This document shows positions 27,201 to 40,009 of a DNA stretch of 64,000 nt, in pieces. The DNA is taken from positions 56,048,001 to 56,112,000 of the forward strand of contig OX597816.1 of NCBI GenBank assembly GCA_951406725.2, written 5' to 3'. This DNA comes from Octopus vulgaris (Eukaryota). The notes beneath the pieces are model-generated. The model did not search any database, was not told where the DNA came from, and saw only the letters and a list, made by a program, of their open reading frames with translations. How positions within the stretch are numbered: the stretch's first letter is position 1; every line of letters begins with the position of its first letter. The position numbers were made by a program, and so were the translations under genes.

Positions 27201-27929
27201 TAAATATATATACATTGCACACACACACACACACATACATTCATACATACATACATACAAACATACATACATACATACATACATATACGATGGACATCAG
27301 CCCGGTTTAAGGCAACTTAAGTAGCACTTATTACACGTCAACCTATTATTATTCTGGTGAATTCAAATTCCGTAATTTCATAATCTGTGTATCTAAGTGA
27401 TTAATGCAAATTATTTCTTAAATTATTATCGCCAATAATTAATCATGAAACATTTCAATAAAGAACTCTACAGATTCGAAATACGACATGCTTATTCCCA
27501 AAGGCACACACAATTGCTTTAGTCTAAATTTCAATTATGCATTTGCTAATTATATGCCTGTAGGTTTTTTTTAATTGCTCTCGCACTAAATTTTAATTCG
27601 TATTTTTATTCTTCGTAATCAATTATTTTACGCAATATCATTTTATATTTATATTAGTTCCCCCTGAAAGAAAGTTGTTTTTTCCTTGTTCCAGGAAGCG
27701 GTGTAATCGTGGTCGAGTGATTAAGACATTTTCTCTTGCAATAATGTAGCTCTCGGTTCAATTTAATAACACGTCATTGTATTAATAGTTATGTATCTTA
27801 ACTTCTAATACGAGCTGATCGGTGTTTCGATAGATAGGAGATCTAAATAAAAGGATACTCATTTGCTCTTGCACTTATTTTATCTTTGGTAGCAAGTAAT
27901 ATCTAAAAAAGGTTTGTCGGCCTGCCTCA

Positions 27930-28320
27930 TGACCCCAGCGAACAAAATGGAACAGAGGAGGATAGCGATGGAAATGTGCTGGAACAGCTTTTTCGACACA
28001 CGTGGCTCACGCGTGCTGATAGCCATCTCCGCTCCATTAGCAGTGAGCAGGGATGTGGTCTGAGGGCCTGAACCTTGGAGATCCCTTCTGCCACATCCTC
28101 GACTAGAAATTGGCCAATACTTTGATAGTTTGCCCTTTCCGGTCTGATGAGACCGGGCTGGTAGCTGAACACACCAAGTTGCTGCTGAAGATGTCATAGC
28201 ATGTGGTATCCCAGATGAGGGCCCTACCACCATGGAAGGCGAAAACTGTCATACCGTCGCGCCTTTTACCGTTCCCTCGGTCTAACCCCACTGACTCCTG
28301 CTGGGAAGGAAGCCTGTCAT
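27930..28320 (-). mobile_element. CRE-clade-like non-LTR retrotransposon RLE fragment
   Basis: GLDRGNGKRRDGMTVFAFHGGRALIWDTTC matches the RPDGxT..W..G+.L.WDxTC pattern of CRE-type RLE domains. Confidence 0.6.
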
Positions 28321-28399
28321 GTCTTGTTTTAATTTTAATTTCCGTTTTACTTTAAAATTTTTCCGTTGCAGCCTTCTTTGTATATATTATTCCCATGCC

Positions 28400-30280
28400 C
28401 ACGAGGTATGCATGATATAGACTATGAAGGTTTCAATTTATTATTCAGTTTTGATTCGCTTTAATGCTTATATTGACTTTCCGATGCTGTCAATCGTTTT
28501 CATTTAAGCGATTCCTGTTATTTTGAACATCTATTGTCTTGCTAAATCAGCTTCAACGTTTTATTCGATAAATTGGCAATTATCAATATCTATAAAGTAA
28601 TTCTTCTTGAGTTTCGCAACTCATATTGCCGCTTAGTTGATTTTTATGAGCTTACGTGTGCTTCAACGGAATGTGGTTCAAGTATAAAGAATAGCATTCT
28701 TTTAAATACTCACGACTGTCTGATGATCGATTACGTAAAGCTTTGAATTACAGGTTGTGGGCTGTGTCGGTGTGTTTTTACGCCTGTTGGTACCTGCGAT
28801 GTTAGAGGCAACGTTGTCTATGCAGGAGTAGCTCAGCTTGACATTATGGGGATGAAAAGTTTGTAATACTTATGTCCTCTGCGGAAATGTTTCTTTGTTA
28901 ACAACAGGAAGCACCTAACTATGTTGGTAGAAACTTCTATGTTAATTGGATTTATACAAGATTATTTTTGTTTTTCTAATTCTCTTGTGGTGAGGAGAGG
29001 GAGTTTGGAATTCGTCCACATACATAAGCTTCTCATAAAATTCGCTCCTGGAGGGCAGCCCTATTAAAGATCTCCATATTGGCTGAGAGTTTAGACATCT
29101 GTTTCCTAATGCCTGAAACCAGGTTTCTAATTACAGCAGGGGCGTTAGTTTCTTCATTAGGCTTCCTGTAGGGTAGTATTTTTCCGTATTCAGGTCTAAG
29201 GTTACGTCCAAGATATCGACCGTAGTCTGGTTGGTAGTAAGCGTTATGGACAGGCCAAATTCTGAATAGTTTTTATCAAGTCGTTCCTGAACCTACCCAT
29301 GGCGTGGCCATTCATATGGCTTGAGATTTCATCCTCGTCAAAGCTCTCCATAAACAATGGATGGCCTTCTTTCTTTACAAAGAAGGAATCGTCATGCATC
29401 AGAATTGACATTCTGGCATTCACCGTGATTTTTATATCAAAATTTTTAATGCTGGTAAACTGTTGAGCAAAAGCTAGAGCCTTCAGGAGGAGGGGCTTAG
29501 ATATGGAAGGGCAGAAGTCTATGATGTTGAACTGAGTGAATTTATAGTCTGACTTATGCCTGATACCGCGAAACCAGAATATTAAAGCTGCACTGGATTT
29601 CCATTGAGTCAACCCCATCGCCCTTCAGTTGTCGGAGTTTATAGTACCGAGAATACGCTTGCTAATGATATCTTATCTCGCTTTTAGAGGGGTTGATCAG
29701 CCTGCATTTTGGGTAGGAATGGAAATTAGGCTTATGATCCTTATGGGGATAGGGTCTGCGTGACGAGGCAGCCCACTCGATCCACTATCTCAAGGCGGGT
29801 AGCTCGCTCCTTTGCTTGTGTTTATATCATTGTATGTGGATTTACGGGTTTTCTTGTATGTTTTGGTAGTGGTGCTTGTGAGGAGTCTTGAATGTGTGCA
29901 TATGCTTGTTTCATAAATATTGTTTGTTGTGTCTGCGAGGATGAACCCTATTAAATGATCACTATTGGGAGATTGATTAATTGTGGTCATGCAGTCATTT
30001 AAGTATTTAAGGAAAGGGATTGAATAATGCCGAAACCTTACTTTCTTTACAATGTTTCATAAGCCAGTCTCGAAGTTCTCAAGGTATTTCATACGCAGGG
30101 AACACTTTCAAGATTTAAAGCCAAAACCCGCAGATGTAGTAGTGGAAGAGTTCTCATAGAAGAAAGCTTTCCAGTCCATTATTTTGTTGACACTTTCGGT
30201 ATATTTTCCTTGGAGGTATTTGGAGGTATTCCTCAGTCGTTCGTGAATGGCGTTCAACAGATTTTGGAACAATTGTATGA
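28400..30280 (-). mobile_element. Degraded Penelope-like element (RT plus GIY-YIG)
   Basis: INPSKS..ISKRIL, TQWKSS..WF, QFNIIDFCPSISKPLLLKAL, PYRKPN, YKLFIP..VKLSYSC motifs typical of PLE RTs, with many stops and frameshifts. Confidence 0.75.
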
Positions 30281-31612
30281 GTGAGTAGAAAGAAGGGCAT
30301 TCAACAAGTTTATTGAGAGTTACATGTGTAGATCAAAACAGCTTGATTCAGAATCCTTGGTACTCTGAGTTTCAAGTGCGTGGCTAGTCTTCGGCCAGTG
30401 GAGTCTGAATAAGAGTTTCATTGAAGAGTGTCAACGTTCTGAGTTAAAATTCCGCTGAGATCGACTTTGTCTTTCATCCTTTCGGGATCGATGAATTAAG
30501 TACCAGATGTGTACTGGAGTCGATCTAATCGACTGCCCCCCTTCCCCACCAAAATTTCTGGGCTTTGTGCCTGGAGTAGAAAACATATATATTAATAGAA
30601 ATATATACAAAAGAGATAATCTTCATTCTTTTAGGCACATCTTATTTACGAAGCATTTTTCTTCTTAAATTATGAAGCTTTCTTATTTTTCTAAATTTCA
30701 ATTAAACAGTATATAATTAGATCCCTGCAGCTTTCTACATCGCACAAATATTAAATCTAAGTTATGTTTTCTATTCTTGTTAATCAATTTTTGTGATCCA
30801 ATATCGTTTTATTTCATATTATCTCCTCTAATCACACACTTTGACCATATATCGAGCATATCTATGATGCACTGGATAATGATTCTTGTATGCACTACCG
30901 TGGTGGTGCCGAGTTCTATCTCATGATATGGCATTCTAATTATTTTCCTTCTTCTACTGTAACCAAGAGTCGGATGAAGCTCTGCGAGAGAAATTTTGTT
31001 GGCGGAAACTGTGCGGAAGCCCTCCGTATTTCCATATATTTGTGTATGTGTGCGTATTATGCAGAGAAATAAATAGATAGACAGACAGACTAACAGTTAT
31101 TCGCAATAGCCTTCTGCACAATTGATATAGAAATGTTTGTTTGTGTGTATGTGTGTGTGTGTGTGTACGTGCGTGCGTGTGTGTGAGTTTGGTTTTCTCT
31201 GGGATTTCTTTTAACCCTAACCCTTTGCAGAATTCACGTCGGTCACTAACAAAATGTCAGCACATTTTGCAGCGGCCAAGACCGTTCTTGGGGTTTTTAA
31301 TTACCAGGTGTGGTCGGTGTGTGTGTTTATGCCTGCGTCAGCTTCGCATTTAGGTATGCGAATATGTATACCATATATAATTGTGTGCATGTGTATACAT
31401 AGGTACCTCAACTGGAAGATCCTGAAATGTTTAATAAATTTTTGCTGTTTCTCTGATCAGTTGTGTCTGGGGATTGCGATTCAGTCTGGTCTGTTCGTTT
31501 TTTGAGAATCCAAGTATTTCTAGATTTTTATGTCGATCTTTTATTACAGAGCTCAGTGCACCTGAAATGAATATACGTAACCTGAATATAGGAGCTGTAT
31601 GTATGTATGCAT

Positions 31613-31718
<106 letters not shown>

Positions 31719-32557
31719 AAAGAGAAGGTAAGGGCGATCAAAAGATACCTAGGTTTTTTGATACAGATCGATAAAATATCCACGAAACACATATAAGTAC
31801 TAGGGACGATATGATCTTTCGAAGTCCCTGAACGAAGCGCTCCAGTATGACCAAATTCCAGTGAATAAAATCAAAATAAATAATATAAATCAATTATTTC
31901 TTACAAACCGTAATTGTATTTACTTTGGTGAAATTTAAGTTAATAATGCAATCTGAACGTATTTATTTCCTCTAAAACACACACTGTAATATTTATATAA
32001 TATTTTCATAATATGGTTGATAAACTAATAACTGATTATTTTTTTTGTAAACTATTTATTTTTCGACTCACATTTGTCGATATTTCTCATCATTAATTCT
32101 AGCATTATTTTCTTATTGTTCCTAAATTTATTATCAATATTTAAATTTTACCTTTAACTAGATTCCTCTACGTCAATCTTATCTTTAATATATGCCGTCT
32201 ATCTTCCTAGTGTTTAATCAATAGATTAATATTTATATTTTAGTAAAAGCTTTCGGTTGTTTTTTATTTAATTTCTATTCGGTTATAGACATCTATTTCT
32301 GAAATTTTCAGTTTGCTTTTTTCTTCTTATATTTATCACTGATTGATAATTTTATTTACAAATATTTTTACATCATTTTCAACTTCATCGACTTCGAGAT
32401 TTTCTGCTGTAATTTATCAATTTAGTATTTATATTCCTTCTTTCAGACTTTTCGTTTTCCATAAAACTGCCATCTTCCATATTTAAATAAGACTTTATCT
32501 TTATAGAACCATTTCTATAGAATCGTCTATAAATTTTGTCTCTTGCTAGTTTAAGTT

Positions 32558-32957
32558 TTCAGACTGCGGTCATGCTGCGCCTCGAAGAATTTCACTCAAG
32601 CGAATCTACCCCAGTATTTATTTTCTTTAAGTCTGGTAACGTCTGTCAGTCTCTTCTACCGAAGCGCTAGGTTCAGGAGACGTAAACACACTAACACAGG
32701 TTATCAAACTGTGGTTGGGGAACATACACAGTCACAATCATACACGTACACACACACACACACACACACACATACACACACACACACACACATATTATGT
32801 GCTTCTTTCAGTTTCCCTCCATCAAATTCACTCACGAGGCTTTGGTTGAACCGGGGCTATAGTTGAAGACACTTGCCCAAGGTGCCACGCAGTGGGACTG
32901 AACCAGAACCAGTGTGGTTGGGAAGTAAACTTCTTACCACACAGCCATGCCTGTGCC
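32558..32957 (-). mobile_element. SINE family 1 copy
   Basis: Reverse complement of the family 1 consensus. A family 2 SINE sits head-to-head at 32996-33170 (+). Confidence 0.8.
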
Positions 32958-34039
32958 TATATATATAAATAGGAACAATATACATATTAATTTTAAGGGC
33001 AGCAAGCTGGCGGGATCCACCGAGGTCAACTTTTCCTTTCATCATTTCGGGGTCGATTAAATAAGTACCAGTTACGCACTGGGTTCGATGTAATCAACTT
33101 AATTCCTTTATCTGTCCTTGTTTGTCCCTTCTATGTTTAGCACCCCTACCGTGGGCAATAAAGAAATAAATATGCATATTTTCTCACAAAATATAAGGCT
33201 TCAGATTTAAAGTAAGAGTACAATCAACTAAATTTCCCCAGTATACAATAGGTATTCAACATATTTGTACTGGAATGCTGAAATACTACGTCGATATTCA
33301 GAGGGATTCGAACTTAGAATCTATAAAATCAGAGCTAAATACGCAAAGGCATTGCTGTACCTCCAATATTGTAGGAAGATTTTATGGTCAGGGATAACAC
33401 TGCAATTTTGTACTGGTTTTGTTTTATCAGGATACACACTGTCGAAAGCATTTGAGCCAGTTCTCTCGTGAGAAGATACGGTGTTGTTACTTCCTTTATT
33501 TCTTACTACAGTTCGACGACATTCGACGATAGTCTCTATATATATTCTAGAAGATCGAACAATATGGACAGTTAGTATGTTTTGCTTGTATAGGTAAACA
33601 AGGACTGTATGGTCTGTCCATATAAGTTTGTTGGGGCACGATGTTTGCAGGGGCAATAACATACAACCTATAACATAGATCATATTACACGTATCATACC
33701 GCAGTAGAGATTTACCAGTCTTCTTTTGCGTACGTTGGTATATTTTTTCGTCACTTCACACTCAACTGACGAGCACAAAACTACATATAATCAGGACAGC
33801 ATACAGTCAGTATTAATGTTCAATTTCCAAGGCATTGCATGTCCATGGGGTTATTCAGTGGTGCAGGTTCCAAGGTTGTCTTGCAAGATGTTTTCACTTG
33901 GCTGAGGGGAGAGATAACATTATCTAACTGTTGAGTTAATATGTAATCCATATATACTGTTTCTATCGTACCGTGCAAATGTGTTCTTGTTCGTGTACAA
34001 ATATCTTACCAATCTCTCCAAAAATCAATTATTAATCCT

Positions 34040-34240
34040 CTCCTTGGTCAACAATACGGACAACGATTCCACGGAACATAGTTGGAATTTCCTCGAAAAA
34101 GTGTTGTATGGACTCGCATGTATTATTACTGACCAAGTCGAGATCTATTTAAACTTCTCGTCTTTCAGCTTCCAAACAAAATCAGCGAGTGAGGTTGGGT
34201 GTCTTTTGCTGCAAAAGGTCAACAAAAGCCACTCAATACG
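34040..34240 (-). mobile_element. Penelope-like GIY-YIG C-terminal fragment
   Basis: HPTSLADFVWKLKD..WSVIIHASPYNTFSRKFQLC matches the PLE T.LS.Y.W.LK..W.I...A.PY...C.LC pattern. Confidence 0.6.
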
Positions 34241-34247
34241 CACCACA

Positions 34248-34317
<70 letters not shown>

Positions 34318-34347
34318 CACACACGCACACACACACACATACACACA

Positions 34348-34389
<42 letters not shown>

Positions 34390-34482
34390 TTCAGCAACAA
34401 TTTAGATTCAAATGAATATGGTACTTAATTTATATGCACCAGAATTTTGTATGGTGTTATCCATAAAAATTTGCGGGGTGAT

Positions 34483-34911
34483 TATAATCAAAATAAGCAA
34501 CAAGAATGACTCCGGTAATTTGGTACAATTGTTTCGCACTACATCATTTTATTAAAAGTTGTAATATGGTATTCTGAACCCACCCCCTTACCCCATTCTT
34601 ACAACTAAAAAATCTTTATTACTTCTAATCTTATAGCAGTTAGATACAGCCATAGCTTGGTCAGTCAGTAAATGGACTTCACAACCTCATATGTTCTTAA
34701 AATTTAAATCTACAGCTTTATCTGTATATCTACGTTTTCTGTAATGTTACTACTTGATTTGAAAGCCTTTGTATTAATGGAAAACGTATGTAATTGGCTG
34801 ATGAGCACTCAGGCATCTTAAATCTGCTGTAATACTTACAACTTTTAATAAAATGATGTAGAGCGAAACAATTGTACCAAATTACCGGAGTCATTCTTGT
34901 TGCTTATTTTG

Positions 34912-34917
<6 letters not shown>
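34483..34917. repeat. 82-bp inverted repeat (1 mismatch) enclosing a hammerhead; Penelope pseudo-LTR-like layout
   Basis: 34483-34564 is the reverse complement of 34836-34917. The unit is flanked by (TA)n. Confidence 0.92.
34791..34884 (+). ncRNA. Type I hammerhead ribozyme motif on the host pre-mRNA strand
   Basis: UAAUUGG-CUGAUGA(34798-34804)-GCACU...AGAGC-GAAA(34865-34868)-C-AAUU-G-UA-CCAAAUUA. Palindromic stem III; predicted cut after A34876. Confidence 0.75.
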
Positions 34918-34957
<40 letters not shown>

Positions 34958-35002
34958 GATTGCATAATGATTTTAATAGTGTAAACGTGTCTTTAACTTC
35001 AG

Positions 35003-35244
35003 GGTTCCACAACTTCCAAACAACATTAAGTGGCCTGTTTATGAGGAGGAGAACCGAAGCTACGTGGAACTTCGTCCAAATATTACAGAAGAGAATGTCA
35101 AAACACGTCTGAAAGAAAGTGACTGGATATTTTGGAATGATTTAATAGCAAATTTAGAAAAGCTCAGTGACCCTTCAAAACCAACGACTGAGGCACCAAT
35201 GAAGCATACAACAATGGGTCACATGGAAATGAAATCAGAGCCAA
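35003..35244 (+). CDS. Coding exon 2 (end of esterase domain plus S/T/P-rich stalk)
   Basis: Acceptor CTTTAACTTCAG|G completes the phase-2 Gly. Reads (G)VPQLPNNIKWPVYEEENRSYVELR..WIFWNDL..PTTEAP; WP.Y and FW are esterase C-terminal motifs. Donor A|GTATTT, phase 1. Confidence 0.88.
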
Positions 35245-37365
35245 GTATTTTAATCCTCTTGTTGTTGTTGTTGTTGATTTTGGTGTTGTTTTTGTTATTG
35301 CATTTATTGTTGTTTATATAAATTCCTTTTGAAAGCAATGGCATTTTATAAATGTAATACGAGCGAGTCTGTTTACCAAAGTCACACAGAATGAAGTCCT
35401 CTGTTGCAGGAAATGATAAATAGCAAATAATACTTTATTTCAGGCTAAATTTTTATCTTTCACTCTCAGGTCACCGACAAATAGTAATGTGCTATATGAC
35501 TCAAAAAACCTCATTCTTATCCGGAAGCAGTGAAAACTAGAGTAGGTAAAACACATTCGAGATATAATACATTTCTAGCGAAAAAGGACTCTCTGCTGAC
35601 GAAGGATCCATATCTTATGAAGAAGAACCACAACCGAAATTCATAGTCATTCACAAGGAAACCAAAATTCTAATAAATCACTTCAGAAATATGTACATTG
35701 AATATCCAAACGGATTATGAACTGAGAATGCAATGGGATTCTAGTTTATACTGTTGCGTCTGTGTAGAATACGCCAGTTCCATGATAACACATGTGGAAT
35801 GCTTCATTGTAGCATTGTTCTGGGTTGAAAATTCCAAAATTGTCCATTACGAATTCCTGTGTTACAGTAGACAAGCCTGGGGCTTTGTCTTCTGAATCGT
35901 TGAAATAATTACTTGAAAACGTCTGAGATTTGAACGAGTATTCTGCCGTTGTTATGTTGTCCCTGAAACCAATATCTGGTGATTTAACCTTCAACAAATT
36001 TTTTGTGTATTCGTATAACCCAGAGCAAGATTTCTTCTCCATTCTCGGCGATCTTTACAGTTGTACGCTTACACCATCATATTTTTTCTATTTGGTATTT
36101 TACAGTATTTGCATAAATTCGAGTCTACATAAGTCCTAATGCTTTTATACAAGTGAATGTAGTTTTTTTAGGCTCAGAGGAGGCAACTAGAGACAATGCT
36201 ATTGTTTCTTTTTCCCCATCTTCATATATTCTGTAGTTACAATATCCTGCTTTATTATACGCTTTCGATGATTTATGATGAAGAGGTTTCCATCCCGAGA
36301 CAAACTCAGGCATCTTTCAGCTTCTGCTCTGAGTACCGTCTATATCTTGTATTGAACTCAGTTTTTAAGAATATATGTAATCGAAGCGCGTCCCTGTGAT
36401 CCTCTTTCACATCCAGAATGTGTCACACGGAAGATGCCACCCAGAATTTGTTACAGAGAAAGTGCAATGCACATATAGGATATTCATACTACTACTACCA
36501 CCACCACCATCATCATATAATATAATTTTCAGCCTAGACAGACCCTTGAGCAAACTGAATAGATATAATGGTCCATGGCATAAAGAAGAATACCTCCTAT
36601 CTCTCTAATAGCGCGATTGTAGATGAGTATGATCGTCTAAGGAGAAAAATCTAGGAAGCATTAACGCAAAATTGATGAAGGCCGTCATTGAAGATACTGG
36701 TCAACTTATATAAACTCTAAGCAAATACATTGACCATCGCCGAATTGTTACAGTTACAGAAAATAAAATTCTTGCGAAGTTCTACCATGTAAATCATTCT
36801 TCATGTGATATAATATTCCTCGTTGAGATTCGATTTATGCTTCATAGAACAACTTATTTGCAGTGAAATATGAACGTATAATGATAATAATATTAGAATG
36901 CAAGGCTTAGGATATATTTGATTCACTATAATCAGGGAATTTTACTGTATAGTAAAGATTTGGAAAACAGATATTGCGATACAAACGAAGAAAATTATGT
37001 AAATCCATCGACTTTCCAATATCGGAATATTTTCTGTTGTCTTATGTTGCTGTTACTCTTTACTGTTGGGGTTAAATTTCCCTTTAATTTTCAGAGGGGT
37101 TCGATAAAAAAAGGTTAACCTCGGTGTGGAGAGTCATATCTATTTTCTGTGCCTAAAGCCACTCTGTGTTAATGTAAAAATCATCATCATCATCACAACC
37201 ACCTCCACCACCGTCATCATCGTCGTCGTCGTCGTCGGCGTCGTTGTTGTTGTTATTATTATTATTATCATTATCACCATCATCATTATTGACGCATTGC
37301 ACAGCTTCCGCCAACATTACAATTCAAAACTTCGCAAAAGCCGGCATTATATAATTTCTGTTATT

Positions 37366-38160
37366 CGAGAGGGTTCCCAACAGAAACTGGAATTTTGCAA
37401 TATCATTTCGTTCACTTAGTTTTACATGTTTACACTTTCATCTCCTTCAAAGTATTCTCCATTTGAAGAAATGCATCGGTCCAGACACATTTTCCATTGT
37501 TCGATGCAATGCTGGAACTCTTGCAAAGTGATGCCTTTTAATGCTTCCGTCGTATTCTTCTTCACCTCTTCCACATCTGCAAATTCTGTAGCACCATCTT
37601 TCGTCACCAGTGGTGACATTCGAAAAAGGGACAAGACTGACTTCCAGCTGTTCTTTCAGTTTATGACGTGTATTCAGCCGTGACTGTCTTTGATCATCCG
37701 TGAACATGCGGGGCATAATTTTTGCTGCAACTCTTTCAATTCGCAATTCCTCGCTCAAAATTCGTGAGCAGAAGCTCCAGGACACACCAGTCATATCCAC
37801 AAATTTCGTCAATTGTTCGACGACGGTCCTCCAAGATCAGTTCATGAATTTTCATGATGTTTTCATTCGTTCCGTTGGGCCCTGAACGATGTTGGACCTC
37901 AATCGACAAGTGACCATTCCTAATGCCTGAAAACCATTCGTAAGTTTGTGTTTTGTTCATGGCTGCGTCTTTGTAAACTGTTTCAAGCATGAGTACTGTT
38001 TCGGCCGCCGTCTTCCCTAACAGGAAACAGAAGTTCACGGAAACACTTCGGAAAATCGATGAACTGGGGAGAAGCACTGCAAAGCAAAGTGGCAGCACGT
38101 GGCAGTATGACGTCACCGAATAACGCCGGTCGGCAGACGGATGCCTGAGGGTCGCATCAA
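37366..38160 (-). mobile_element. Mariner transposase fossil
   Basis: VNFCFLLGKTAAETV.ML..Y..EWF..RSG..ILEDRRRTIDEI, VTTGDE.W and W..C..SNGEYFEGD; frameshifted and internally deleted. Confidence 0.85.
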
Positions 38161-38811
38161 GTGATTTCTAGCCGCAGCAGCCTGAACTATAACGGGCTTG
38201 TCCCACAGAGAATGTTTTCGACCTTTCTATACAGTTAAGGTAGAACCGTCATACTTAATGTAATTTAGAACATATCGGATTAATTACGCTTATGTGCTTG
38301 TTTTGCAAGTCAGAAGAAAACAGCGTACTGACGTGAATTTGATCAAACCTTTTCTACAACAAGGGACAACTCTTGACATGCTTCAACCCAGACCTTCTCA
38401 GCGAAGAACACCTTTCTCCGTGTTTGCACAGGAACAATAACATAATCGCTATATCAAAGTACAATGATTTATTTGAGTAGGCGCCACGAAGTATCAGAAT
38501 GCCTGACAAAAGTAAGAGAAACGCTGTTCAGGAGAAATAACTGAATTCAAATTTGTGTCATTATAATTTGGTTAGAACAAAAGTTACATTAAAATTAATT
38601 ACTAATTCTTATACATCTGAGAAATACTAATTTTTATCTGATCTAAGCAAATAAAGGCAATGATGATAGATATATTTCAGTCTTAGATATGTGATATGCA
38701 TGCAAAATATAATTAATTTTTCTCTTAGATAGTTATTTCAGACATGTAATATGAATTCTTGATTCCTTCAAAGACTTTCACTGACATTTTCAATGCTTTT
38801 TACTTTTTCAG

Positions 38812-38837
38812 TTGCCTGGGGAATGGAAGATAAAATG
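38812..38837 (+). CDS. Coding exon 3, 26-nt micro-exon (IAWGMEDKM)
   Basis: Polypyrimidine acceptor TTTTTACTTTTTCAG| and donor ATG|GTAAAG. Converts phase 1 (end of exon 2) to phase 0, as exon 4 requires. Confidence 0.72.
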
Positions 38838-38927
38838 GTAAAGTAGATTTCCTCTACCCCATTCTCATATGTGCGTATGTATCGGTGTATTTATGTGAGC
38901 GCCTGTATGAGTATATGTATACGTGTA

Positions 38928-38958
<31 letters not shown>

Positions 38959-38980
38959 ATGCATACATGTATGTATGTAT

Positions 38981-39159
38981 ACTCTTTTACTCTTTTACTT
39001 GTTTCAGTAATTTGACCCCATGACTTACTCTTTGTAAGCCTAGAACTTATTCTATCGGTCTCTTTGGCCGAATCGCTAAGTTACGGGGACGCAAACACAC
39101 CAGCATCGGTTGTCAAGCGATGTTGGGGGACAAACACAGACACACAAACATATACACAC

Positions 39160-39192
<33 letters not shown>

Positions 39193-39345
39193 CGACGGGC
39201 TTCTTTCAGATTCCATCTAACAAATCCCCTCACAAGGCTTTGGTTAGCCCGAGGCTATAGTAGAAGGCACTTGCCCAAGATGTCATGCAGTGGGACTGAA
39301 CCCGGAACCATGTGGTTGGTAAGCAAGCTACTAACCACACAGCCG
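38981..39345 (-). mobile_element. SINE family 1 copy
   Basis: Reverse complement of the family 1 consensus with its (AAAAGAGT)n tail. Confidence 0.85.
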
Positions 39346-39426
39346 TAAATTTATATTCCATAGCATACACTTTCACAATTTTTCACATCTTGGTATCTGA
39401 AGTAGTCGGACATAAGATAGTTTGAC

Positions 39427-39514
<88 letters not shown>

Positions 39515-39759
39515 CATATATATATTTCAAAAGGCCAGCCTTGTCAAACCCTGTGTCACGCTGAGTCTCCCTGTGAATTTCGTTAACGGCACACGTATCT
39601 GTGGAGCGCTCACCCGCTTGTACGTTAATTTCACGAGCAAGCTCCCCCGTTGATCGTATCAGCTGGGACCTTCGTCGTCATAACAGATGATGTGCTCTTT
39701 AATATATACATATATATATAATATACATACACACACACACACACACACACATACGCACA

Positions 39760-39812
<53 letters not shown>

Positions 39813-39924
39813 TTCAGCGTAGTAAAATATTATTTAGAATTTTTCTTTTACCACTAGTGTGTAGAACAACCCAGCCAATAGACTATATATTATTCATTAT
39901 ACACAATGTACACTGTATATATAA

Positions 39925-39960
<36 letters not shown>

Positions 39961-39968
39961 TAAATGAA

Positions 39969-40009
<41 letters not shown>

